From: Pseudoalteromonas tetraodonis
Lineage (GTDB): Bacteria > Pseudomonadota > Gammaproteobacteria > Enterobacterales > Alteromonadaceae
Length of the DNA: 32,000 nt
Assembly: GCF_002310835.1 (NCBI RefSeq)
Contig: NZ_CP011042.1
Coordinates: forward strand, 360,001-392,000
Direction of reading: 5' to 3'
A model generated the notes under the pieces. The model did not search any database and was not told the DNA's origin. It saw nothing but the letters and a program-made list of their open reading frames with translations. Positions 8,778-15,945 of the stretch are shown in pieces (the first letter of the stretch is position 1; every line of letters starts with the position of its first letter). A program made the position numbers and the translations under genes.

Positions 8778-9278
8778 CTTCGATCGCAGAGGTAAGAGTG
8801 ACGGTCGACTCAATAATTTAAGCAAACAGAAACTAAGGTTCTAAATTTGTAGCCTATCTTATTAAATTAACAATGGTATTTCTATATTTAAGCGCCTGAA
8901 TAAAATATGCACTTCGCCCATTCCCTTGTTTGCCTGCTAATCTTTTTGAACACTTTATTGTGATATCGTACAAAGCCCACCTTGTCGTATTTTCGACAAC
9001 TTTTTAAGCATAAACGAGAGAGTCCTTAATGACTAAAGTTGACACTTATGCGAAGTTAGACAAAGAGCGAGAAGCTGTTAGTCAGAGCTTTTCTGTATGA
9101 CGTGAAGTTTTATCCGCTTGTTGGCAGTTTTTTCAATCCATTCTTAAAATTTATTTTGTTGTTATTTTCGAGTAGTTATCGTTTAATAACATGATGTTTT
9201 TTAAAGATAACTACTAGCGAATCTTCATCTCTTTAGTGAAAGCTAATGTCGGACCACACATAAGGAAATAGGTATAAA

Positions 9279-9773
9279 ATGGACACTACAATACGAAAAG
9301 CTGAATCAACCGATATCGCTGCAATAAAAATGCTGTGGCAGTTTTACCAATATCATCAGAGTATATTTGATTTAGAAGATGTTGGTTTAGATGGTTGCTA
9401 TGATATTGATGAAGAATATTTAGAATGTGTAGTGCGTGGTGAGGAAGACTGCATTATTTATCTTGTACTCGTTTCTAACCAAATTGCTGGTTTTGCTACC
9501 GTAGAACCAACTGAGATCGTTGGCAAAGAAATACCTGAGTTGGCTGATATTTTTATTCTACCCAAATATCGAAAACAGGGCATTGCCAAATTTGTTATTC
9601 AAAACTTGATGCCTGTTGAAACAAATCAGTGGCATGTAGCAGTTCATTTAAACGATAGTTCAGCGTTGAAATTTTGGAATAGTTTGTTTGCTAAATTAAA
9701 CGTTGTGCGTGTTGATAAAGTTGATCCCCCTGAAACAGAAGGCTACCACGAGTTTGTTATCACAAATAACTAG
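9279..9773 (+). CDS. GNAT-family N-acetyltransferase
   Basis: 164 aa. The acetyl-CoA motif A is ILPKYRKQGIAKFVI (R/Q-x-x-G-x-A/G). Confidence 0.85.
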   Translation: MDTTIRKAESTDIAAIKMLWQFYQYHQSIFDLEDVGLDGCYDIDEEYLECVVRGEEDCIIYLVLVSNQIAGFATVEPTEIVGKEIPELADIFILPKYRKQGIAKFVIQNLMPVETNQWHVAVHLNDSSALKFWNSLFAKLNVVRVDKVDPPETEGYHEFVITNN

Positions 9774-9862
9774 CAAGATTAACGTCTTCTGCGCTTAAGT
9801 AAAATTTGGTAAAGAGCGATAATAGGATATTCAGGTGAGTCGTCATTAAAATAGTGAGAATA

Positions 9863-9885
9863 AGAGGGAAACCTTCCTCTTTTTT
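9863..9885 (+). terminator. Rho-independent terminator after the GNAT gene
   Basis: AGAGGGAA-ACC-TTCCTCT hairpin (7 bp, one bulged G) followed by TTTTT. Confidence 0.6.
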
Positions 9886-10015
9886 GCATGTTTAAATAAG
9901 CTACAGTAAGCATAATATTTATAGCTGGTAATAACTTACACTATTTGTTATTAATATACGTTCACAAAATAAGGACGTTTTCGCGCTAAAATAGTGAAAG
10001 TGTCGTCTGATAAAG

Positions 10016-10029
10016 TTGTTATAAGCCGT
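10016..10029. repeat. Left copy of a perfect 14-bp inverted repeat (TTGTTATAAGCCGT). It contains a core-site-like GTT at 10018-10020.
   Basis: It is the exact reverse complement of 12780-12793 and ends 40 nt upstream of the nuclease gene start. Confidence 0.9.
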
Positions 10030-10069
10030 AAATTGGCATGGAGTATACCTGTGATTCTTGTAAAGGATT

Positions 10070-11140
10070 ATGATGGAATTAGCTAAAAGCCTTATTGATG
10101 TGCCTCAAACAGAACGAGGTGGTGAAATAGCTCAAAGAGGGTTTGACTTTCAAGCCTGTTGGGCTCTTTCTCATATGTTTGAATATGAATTACAAGATAA
10201 AGAATACGTTTTTGTTTTTGAATATCACGATGACGTACTTATTCTTGATTCAGAGAACCTTCCAAAAAAAGCTACGTTTGCCCAAGTTAAAACTAATGAG
10301 AAACCGTGGACATTAAGTAAATTAATTACGGCTACAAAGAAAAAGCCTATTTCATTTATTGGTAAGTTATTTGAGCAGAAAAGCAAATTTGACAATTCAG
10401 ATATTGAATTATTGTTTGTTTCTAATGCTTACTTTAGTTTTGATAAAAGAAACAAGTTTAAGGCAGATGAAATTAAGGAAGAAGATCAAAAAATTGTACT
10501 AGATAAAGTATCTAAGCAATTATCTAGTGAGGATGCCTTGGAACTCTCAAAGTTAACATTCTTAACATCTGATTTGAGTTTAGAAGATCACTCTGCACAC
10601 TTAAAAGGTAAAATTTGTGACTTCTTTGAAAGCTATTTCGACGATAGTATTGAAATTAATCCTACATCATTTGCTAGAACTCTAGAAAGTGCATGTAGAG
10701 ACAGAGCGAAAGTAAGATCATCAGATATTCGAAGCTTCGATGAGCTCATCAGAAGGAAAGGTTTTACTTCTTCATTTGTAAAAGACACGCTTAATAATAT
10801 TTGCGCAACAAAGAGCTTACAACCTGATTGGGAAAATGCTCGCTCGATATTCGCTGATATGGGTAAAAGCCCTATTCAATTACTGTCATTGCAATCGACT
10901 TTTACGCGTATAAGTATCTCAGTAAAGTCATCTACAAGTGTCGAGAAATTGTACTTGGAAAAAGCTGACTTGTTATTCGATAAGCAAGCAGTAGAAAAAT
11001 CTATGACTATGTATATCTTTGAATCAATTAAATTATTAGAAGTATCTCTTCCTGATTATTCTTTAGCCCTAACTGACCCTAAAAAAGAGTGCATCATTGT
11101 TTATTCAGTAATAAAAAATATTATAGGAGGCGAGGAATAA
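10070..11140 (+). CDS. Cap4/DUF4297-type PD-(D/E)xK dsDNA nuclease domain protein (Lamassu LmuA-like effector)
   Basis: 356 aa. The N-terminus reads ERGGEIAQRGFDFQACWALSHM ... FVFE51YHD54D55VLILD ... FAQ72VK74, the GG-x5-G-[FY]-x-[FY]-Q plus E..DD..QxK pattern of the Cap4 nuclease fold. The C-terminal ~220 aa are helical with no named motif. AAGGA precedes the start, and the stop overlaps the next gene's ATG. Confidence 0.6.
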   Translation: MMELAKSLIDVPQTERGGEIAQRGFDFQACWALSHMFEYELQDKEYVFVFEYHDDVLILDSENLPKKATFAQVKTNEKPWTLSKLITATKKKPISFIGKLFEQKSKFDNSDIELLFVSNAYFSFDKRNKFKADEIKEEDQKIVLDKVSKQLSSEDALELSKLTFLTSDLSLEDHSAHLKGKICDFFESYFDDSIEINPTSFARTLESACRDRAKVRSSDIRSFDELIRRKGFTSSFVKDTLNNICATKSLQPDWENARSIFADMGKSPIQLLSLQSTFTRISISVKSSTSVEKLYLEKADLLFDKQAVEKSMTMYIFESIKLLEVSLPDYSLALTDPKKECIIVYSVIKNIIGGEE

Positions 11141-12780
11141 TGAGTCTCATACATTTTAAAGATATATCTATCCTTTCTCGTAGAGATAAAAAAGGTTTTA
11201 GCTTTGATTTTTCACCTACTGTTAATATGATTTTTGGTGAAAATGATACAGGTAAATCTAGTTTAATAAAGGCGTTATACTTCACGCTTGGAGGCGATTG
11301 TCGGATTGATAAAGATTGGAAAGATGATGATATTATTACCAAGGTTGGCATAAGCGTTAAAGGAAAAAGTTATTCATTTATTAGGCATAATAAAAGGATT
11401 TCAATATTCCTAAACTCTGACGATGCAAAACCAATAGTAGCGTCTAGCCACATGAGTGCTATTGCAGATAAAGTTCGGGAAATTTTCGATTTTAATTTAC
11501 AGCTATCTTTCAAGAAAACAGGCAAACAAAGCCAAGCTAATCCTGCATGTTTATATCTACCGTTTTATATTGACCAAGATAATGGTTGGCATACTGTTTT
11601 ATCATCATTTCTAGGTTTAGCGATGTATGATGATTGGCAAAAAAACTCTTTACAGTTTCACTCAGGGATGAAACCAAAAGAATATTATGAACTGGTTGGT
11701 GAAATAAAAACAATACAGCTTGAGTTAGAAGAACTTAGCGCAACACTCACCGTAGTTCTTGCAGCTAAGAAAAGATTTGAAGAGTCATTCGGCAGAGTCT
11801 TATTTGATATAGATATTGAATATTATCAAGATTTGCTGAATAAGTTTTTAGCAAAATGTCAGGAACTAAACGAAGAAGAATCAGAGTTTAGATTAAAACT
11901 ATTAAGCTTACTCTCTGGTAGAGACTCAATAGCCAGTGAAATTGATGTATGCAGAAACCTCATAGAAAACTTTGATGACCATACGACTAGTGATGCTGCA
12001 GAAAAATATCACATGTTCGAAAATAGGGAGCAAATTTTAGAAATTCTTCCTCAAATGTATGACGAAAAACAAGCTCTAGACGACCAAATAAACTCAATTA
12101 AAGAAGAGTTGCGTCAGTCGAAAACATTGAGTTCAGAGCTAAACTCAATGATGCAAGAGGTTAGAGGTGAATTGACATTACAGGACGTGATTAAGTCTCA
12201 AGCGAGTAAAGAAGTAGAGTTTACTTTTGATGAACAAATAAAAAGCCTTCATGAAAAAATTGGTGCTCAAACGACAGCTTTAGAAGCGTTGATTAAAAAA
12301 CAAAATGAGTTTACTGATAAAAAACGTACCCAAAGTATTAACGATGATTTCAAATCTTATCTATCGATCGCACAGGAGAAGTTAGGTATAGGTTCGCCTA
12401 TTATTGCTCCCTTAATCCAGTATGGGAAAATAACAAAGAGTAAGACAGGAAGCAGAAGCCCAAGATCTATTTTTGCTTATCATTATGGTTTACTCAAAAC
12501 AATGGAAAAACACTCTTCAGTAAGTATGCTACCTATTGTAATAGATTCACCTAAACAGCAAGATCTTGATACTGAAGGTACCGAGAAGCTAATTGCTTTA
12601 TGTACTGAAGATCTAGGGAAGAATAATCAAGTAATTATTGGAGCTGTATCACTCGAAAGTAATATGCATGGTTACCACCAAATAGAACTTACAGAAAAGT
12701 ATAGTTTATTAAAATCAGAGGGGTATGAAGAAGCTTATAACCAAATTATGCCTTTTTATGAAAGAGGTATGTGCTATTAA
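11140..12780 (+). CDS. Coiled-coil Rad50/SMC-like ABC ATPase (Lamassu LmuB / DUF3732-like)
   Basis: I prefer the ATG at 11140 (GGAGG at 11126-11130, TAATG overlap with the upstream stop) over the track start at 11089. This gives 546 aa. The P-loop is GENDTGKSS (nt 11236-11259) in the context TGKSSLIKALYFTLGG, and a Q-loop-like YIDQD is present. Residues ~180-415 are E/K/L/Q-rich and heptad-like. The C-terminus has the signature-like TGSRSPRSIFAYHYGLL followed by MLPIVID469SPKQQDLD (Walker B / D-loop). Confidence 0.6.
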   Translation: MSLIHFKDISILSRRDKKGFSFDFSPTVNMIFGENDTGKSSLIKALYFTLGGDCRIDKDWKDDDIITKVGISVKGKSYSFIRHNKRISIFLNSDDAKPIVASSHMSAIADKVREIFDFNLQLSFKKTGKQSQANPACLYLPFYIDQDNGWHTVLSSFLGLAMYDDWQKNSLQFHSGMKPKEYYELVGEIKTIQLELEELSATLTVVLAAKKRFEESFGRVLFDIDIEYYQDLLNKFLAKCQELNEEESEFRLKLLSLLSGRDSIASEIDVCRNLIENFDDHTTSDAAEKYHMFENREQILEILPQMYDEKQALDDQINSIKEELRQSKTLSSELNSMMQEVRGELTLQDVIKSQASKEVEFTFDEQIKSLHEKIGAQTTALEALIKKQNEFTDKKRTQSINDDFKSYLSIAQEKLGIGSPIIAPLIQYGKITKSKTGSRSPRSIFAYHYGLLKTMEKHSSVSMLPIVIDSPKQQDLDTEGTEKLIALCTEDLGKNNQVIIGAVSLESNMHGYHQIELTEKYSLLKSEGYEEAYNQIMPFYERGMCY

Positions 12781-12793
12781 CGGCTTATAACAA
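12780..12793. repeat. Right copy of the 14-bp inverted repeat (ACGGCTTATAACAA)
   Basis: It is the exact reverse complement of 10016-10029 and starts on the last base of the ATPase stop codon. Confidence 0.9.
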
Positions 12794-12870
12794 GTCGTTA
12801 AAAAAGGACAAAAAACAGTTGGCTTTTGCCACTTCGTCGCTATTTATAGCCGCTTAACGAGGCGTTTTTA
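12785..12870 (+). repeat. Element X: an attC-like imperfect palindrome (candidate integron cassette recombination site)
   Basis: The layout is TTATAAC(R''-like)-AAG-TCGTTAA(L'') ... TTAACGA(L')-GGC-GTTTTTA(R'-like). The L boxes pair over 7 bp, the 3-nt spacers are unpaired, and the AAC/GTT triplets pair. A central hairpin (AGTTGGC-TTTT-GCCACT) has one bulged T. If G12864 is joined to 10019 onward, as in a circular cassette, the R box becomes a perfect 12-bp helix. Confidence 0.45.
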
Positions 12871-12875
12871 ATCGA

Positions 12876-13181
12876 ATGGATTTACATATGAAGAAATGGG
12901 TGCTTAAGAAAAGAATTTTTATGATAGGTTTTTTACCTTTCATGGGGGTATTCGTCGCACTTCTTTTAAATTTTATTGCAGGCTCTGCTTATACAACGTC
13001 ACTAAATCAAAGTGCAATTCGCGTATATTTTATGGGGTCTGCCATGTGGTCGGTACTTGCGCTTTTTTCAGGGGTATATATGTATTCCAAATGTAGTTCT
13101 ATGAATCATCTAAAGTTTATCCTTGGGGTATCGTCGGTCAGTTTAGGTATTACTATACCTTGGATAATAGGTATGTCGTAG
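12876..13181 (+). CDS. Hypothetical small membrane protein
   Basis: 101 aa with three hydrophobic spans (alternative start 12888, MKKWV..). No recognisable motif. Confidence 0.5.
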   Translation: MDLHMKKWVLKKRIFMIGFLPFMGVFVALLLNFIAGSAYTTSLNQSAIRVYFMGSAMWSVLALFSGVYMYSKCSSMNHLKFILGVSSVSLGITIPWIIGMS

Positions 13182-13243
13182 TAACTAAAACATAAAAAGT
13201 GGCTATGGTGCTCGATATCCGCTTTTGGCACTTTGCAGACAAT

Positions 13244-13298
13244 CGATAATGTAAGTCGAAATTAGTGTGTTGATTTAACGCGCTTAATTCGGTTTAAT
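13244..13298 (+). repeat. Element W: a short relative of element X (hairpin repeat)
   Basis: It shares CGATAAT-GT-AAGTCG at the 5' end and CGCTTAAT-TCG-GTTTAAT at the 3' end with X. TAAGTCGAAATTA (13252-13264) pairs with TAATTCGGTTTA (13285-13296): 12 pairs including 2 G-U, with one bulged A. Confidence 0.4.
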
Positions 13299-13484
13299 AT
13301 CAGCTAATAAATATGCTGAGTAATGCAGGGACAGCTTAGGGCAGCGCATTTCATTAACTTGGCCTGATGTTACATAGGTCACTAAAAGCCCCCCCTTTAT
13401 CAAGTAAAGCCCATTGTATAAATAGTTCCCACGCTGACACCCATACAGGGAGTGCTTCAGCTAATATGTGCCAAGGATAGCTCA

Positions 13485-13994
13485 TTGAAAAAATTAAGGT
13501 TTCTACTTGTTCTACTTAATGCCGCTTTCCTTGTAGGGATGATTATACCAGATGAAACTGTTATTCCTGTTGAGGGTGCAACACCCAACGATTGGAACCA
13601 TAATACTTTTTGGTATGAGCCATGGGGAAGCTCTGTGGTCCATAAGGGAATTAATATATTTGGTAAAAAAGGAACTACCACACTTTCTTCTAGTAAAGGC
13701 TTAGTCATTTATACGGGCACAATAAGTAAATGCGGGAATGTAGTGGCAGTTTTAGGGCCTAAATGGCGTATTCACTATTATGCGCATATGGACAGTTACT
13801 CTGTTACAACGGTTACTGTTGTTAAGACTGGCTCAGTTATTGGTGTTTTGGGGGATTCAGGTAATGCCCAAGGAAAACAGCAACACATTCATTACTCAAT
13901 CTTATCAATAATTCCAATTCCTTGGTTAGCTACAACACAGACTCAGGGTTGGAAAAGAATGTTTTTTTTAAACCCTCACGAAATGTTTATATAA
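13485..13994 (+). CDS. Secreted M23 (LytM-type) metallopeptidase-family protein with Asn in place of the HxxxD aspartate
   Basis: The track ORF starts at GTG 13452. I prefer TTG 13485 (AAGGA 7 nt upstream), which gives the signal-like MKKLRFLLVLLNAAFLVG. M23 motifs are HKGINIF (canonical HxGxDI), HYYAHM and GDSGNAQGKQQHIHYSI (HxH). Confidence 0.7.
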   Translation: MKKLRFLLVLLNAAFLVGMIIPDETVIPVEGATPNDWNHNTFWYEPWGSSVVHKGINIFGKKGTTTLSSSKGLVIYTGTISKCGNVVAVLGPKWRIHYYAHMDSYSVTTVTVVKTGSVIGVLGDSGNAQGKQQHIHYSILSIIPIPWLATTQTQGWKRMFFLNPHEMFI

Positions 13995-14097
13995 GTTGTA
14001 TTGAAAAAAGTGTTTAAGACAGGTATCGATATGAATCTCATTCACAAGTAAGGTGCTGTAAAACATTTACATCAGCGATTAATATTAAGGAGAATAT

Positions 14098-14442
14098 ATG
14101 CCTCATTTTATAATGGACTGTTCTGAAAGTTTTTTTGGGGAACATGATGAGGAATACAATATTGAACAAATTCATTTTGTAGCTCACACTACAGGTTTAT
14201 TCGATGAAGGTGATATAAAAGTTAGAATAAATCCATTTAATACTTTCTCTGTAGGGAATAAGCGTGAAGACTTTATCCATGTGTTTGCCCATATAATGCA
14301 AGGAAGAACAACAGAGCAAAAAGCGAACCTCTCACGAGTAATTGTTAGTAAGCTTGTTACTTTATTTCCTGAAATTTCTAACATTGCAATAAACATTAGT
14401 GATTTTGAAAAAGCGACATATTGCAATCGCACGATGCTTTAG
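14098..14442 (+). CDS. Tautomerase-superfamily protein (5-carboxymethyl-2-hydroxymuconate isomerase-like)
   Basis: 114 aa starting MPHFIMDCS. Pro-1 after Met removal and this length class are typical of CHMI-type tautomerases. AGGAG precedes the ATG. Confidence 0.6.
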   Translation: MPHFIMDCSESFFGEHDEEYNIEQIHFVAHTTGLFDEGDIKVRINPFNTFSVGNKREDFIHVFAHIMQGRTTEQKANLSRVIVSKLVTLFPEISNIAINISDFEKATYCNRTML

Positions 14443-14475
14443 CCAGCTATTATCTGCTATTTAACATAGTTTTGG

Positions 14476-14892
14476 ATGTTTATAAAACGTATGAGTAACT
14501 CTCAACTACAAAATCTAATATCTCTTTATACTGCTTTTGCTTTTGTACCTACGTTATTGCTTTATTTGATTTATAGTATATTTGGTTGGGTTGTATTTTC
14601 ACTTACATTAAACCCTTTTTTGGGTTATTTTTTGGTGGGTGGTGCTTATGGTTTATGGTCACTCCATTCATTAATAAAAACGATGAAAAACTTAACGGTA
14701 TTAAAGCATCCTATTATTGTGATAGTTGGATTGTTATTAGGTTGTAGTTTTTGTCCTGTCGTTTTAACAACGACTGAATTTAGTACGATGAAACCACAAG
14801 AATATATTTTTATGTATATTATTATTGCACCCTTTATAGCGACTTTACATTTGTTTTATTTATATAAAAAACAGTTGGCTAGCGTCTCTTGA
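14476..14892 (+). CDS. Hypothetical integral membrane protein
   Basis: 138 aa with about four TM helices (alternative start ATG 14491). No recognisable motif. Confidence 0.5.
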   Translation: MFIKRMSNSQLQNLISLYTAFAFVPTLLLYLIYSIFGWVVFSLTLNPFLGYFLVGGAYGLWSLHSLIKTMKNLTVLKHPIIVIVGLLLGCSFCPVVLTTTEFSTMKPQEYIFMYIIIAPFIATLHLFYLYKKQLASVS

Positions 14893-14946
14893 ACGATTAC
14901 TTTAACTATTTCTCAGTGGGCTTTATTAAACAAGGAGAACACAGGT

Positions 14947-15423
14947 ATGGAACCAAATTATTCAGAATATTCAATTTCAGAGCTAGAAGAGTCATTACGT
15001 GCTATCGATCAAGAAGCGTATCCTGAAAGAACAAATGAACTAAAGAAAGAGTTAAATAATCGCCTTGTAAACCCAACAACGAGTTATGAAGTTGAGGATG
15101 GTTTTGAGGCGAATGAACAATTTTATAAATGTCCTCATTGTGAAGAAAAAATTGGATTTTTTTCTAAAGCGTTACAAAGTTGGAGCAAGATAAGAGAGTG
15201 CCCGCAATGCAAAAAACCATTTGCAGTAACCTTTAATATAAAAGTGTTTTTCGTTGCGCTTTTACCTATGGTTATTTTTAATTATTTTATGATAAAACCT
15301 GTTTTAGGATCACTGGGATTAAGTAAGTCCATTGGTTTGGGGATAGTTTGTGGTGTGTTAATTATTATATCAACCCGCTTGATCAGAGTTGGTAGCGAAA
15401 GTAACACTACAAAAGAGGTTTAA
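14947..15423 (+). CDS. Zinc-ribbon protein with C-terminal transmembrane helices
   Basis: 158 aa with AAGGAG upstream. It has CPHC-x21-CPQC followed by two hydrophobic helices. Confidence 0.55.
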   Translation: MEPNYSEYSISELEESLRAIDQEAYPERTNELKKELNNRLVNPTTSYEVEDGFEANEQFYKCPHCEEKIGFFSKALQSWSKIRECPQCKKPFAVTFNIKVFFVALLPMVIFNYFMIKPVLGSLGLSKSIGLGIVCGVLIIISTRLIRVGSESNTTKEV

Positions 15424-15455
15424 GATAAATTTTGAAATGTTTTGTCTAGGTTTAT

Positions 15456-15479
15456 ACGCTTTATAGAAAAGCGTTTTTT
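15456..15479 (+). terminator. Rho-independent terminator
   Basis: ACGCTTT-ATAGA-AAAGCGT stem-loop followed by a T run. Confidence 0.7.
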
Positions 15480-15579
15480 GTTGGGAGTATTTTAGTAAGT
15501 TCGTTTAGTGTTGCTGCACACCTTGGTAAACTTAAACACTAGTTGTTCATTTTACTGAGCATATTTTTAGGAGTAGTCT

Positions 15580-15945
15580 TTGAAGTACATAACTATATTT
15601 TTAGTCCTTTTACTGGTTGGTTGTAATAGTATTAATGAAGCGGCAAATTCAAGTACTGTGTATATCAATGCGCAAACAGATTCACCTGCTAAATGGGTTG
15701 TGAAGATTGAACCAAAATATCCTGAAGATGCGGCTAAAAAAAGCGTAGAGGGCTACTTAAAGTTCAAAGCAATAGTTAATGAAGTTGGAGCGTTAGAAAG
15801 AGTTGAAGTAATTGAATCTGCCCCAAATGGTGTATTTGAAAAGGAAGGTTTACGGGCTTTAAAGCTATGGAGATTTAAGCCTGCGTTATTAAATGGTAGG
15901 CTGGTTAAGGTTGAGTACGCTGGTACTCTCGAGTGGAAGTTATAA
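15580..15945 (+). CDS. Stand-alone TonB C-terminal-domain lipoprotein
   Basis: 121 aa with a TTG start behind AGGAG. The signal and lipobox read MKYITIFLVLLLVGC. The TonB_C motif string is PKYPEDAAKKSVEGYLKFKAIVNEVGALERVEVIESAPNGVFEKEGLRALKLWRFKPALLNGRLV. Confidence 0.75.
   Translation: MKYITIFLVLLLVGCNSINEAANSSTVYINAQTDSPAKWVVKIEPKYPEDAAKKSVEGYLKFKAIVNEVGALERVEVIESAPNGVFEKEGLRALKLWRFKPALLNGRLVKVEYAGTLEWKL

Noticed and set aside
9029-9100. A 23-codon mini-ORF (MTKVDTYAKLDKEREAVSQSFSV) in the non-coding stretch before the GNAT gene
   Set aside because: It has no RBS and no recognisable family, and is too short to call without conservation data.
8778-9278. A search for an integron integrase, an intI remnant or an attI site in the position where an integron platform would sit
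   Set aside because: The only gene there (8343-8777, minus strand) is a small membrane protein. Six-frame reading of 8826-9278 gives only ORFs of about 25 codons or fewer, with no tyrosine-recombinase motifs.
9929-9953. A 7-bp inverted repeat, TAATAAC-N11-GTTATTA, plus the direct repeat TAAAATAGTGA (9847 and 9987), considered as a further attC site upstream of the module
   Set aside because: I could not build a consistent R''-L''...L'-R' structure by hand. The arms are asymmetric and the element is too short. It needs a covariance-model scan.
11089-11139. An upstream extension (MHHCLFSNKKYYRRRGI) of the ATPase ORF
   Set aside because: It overlaps the end of the nuclease gene by 52 nt and has no RBS. 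The ATG at 11140 has GGAGG at the right spacing and the classic TAATG coupling.
14867-14881. A 15-nt exact match, AAAAAACAGTTGGCT, to the centre of element X, inside the 3' end of ORF 14476-14892
   Set aside because: Similarity does not extend beyond the 15-mer. An A-rich 15-mer shared once within 32 kb is about what chance allows.
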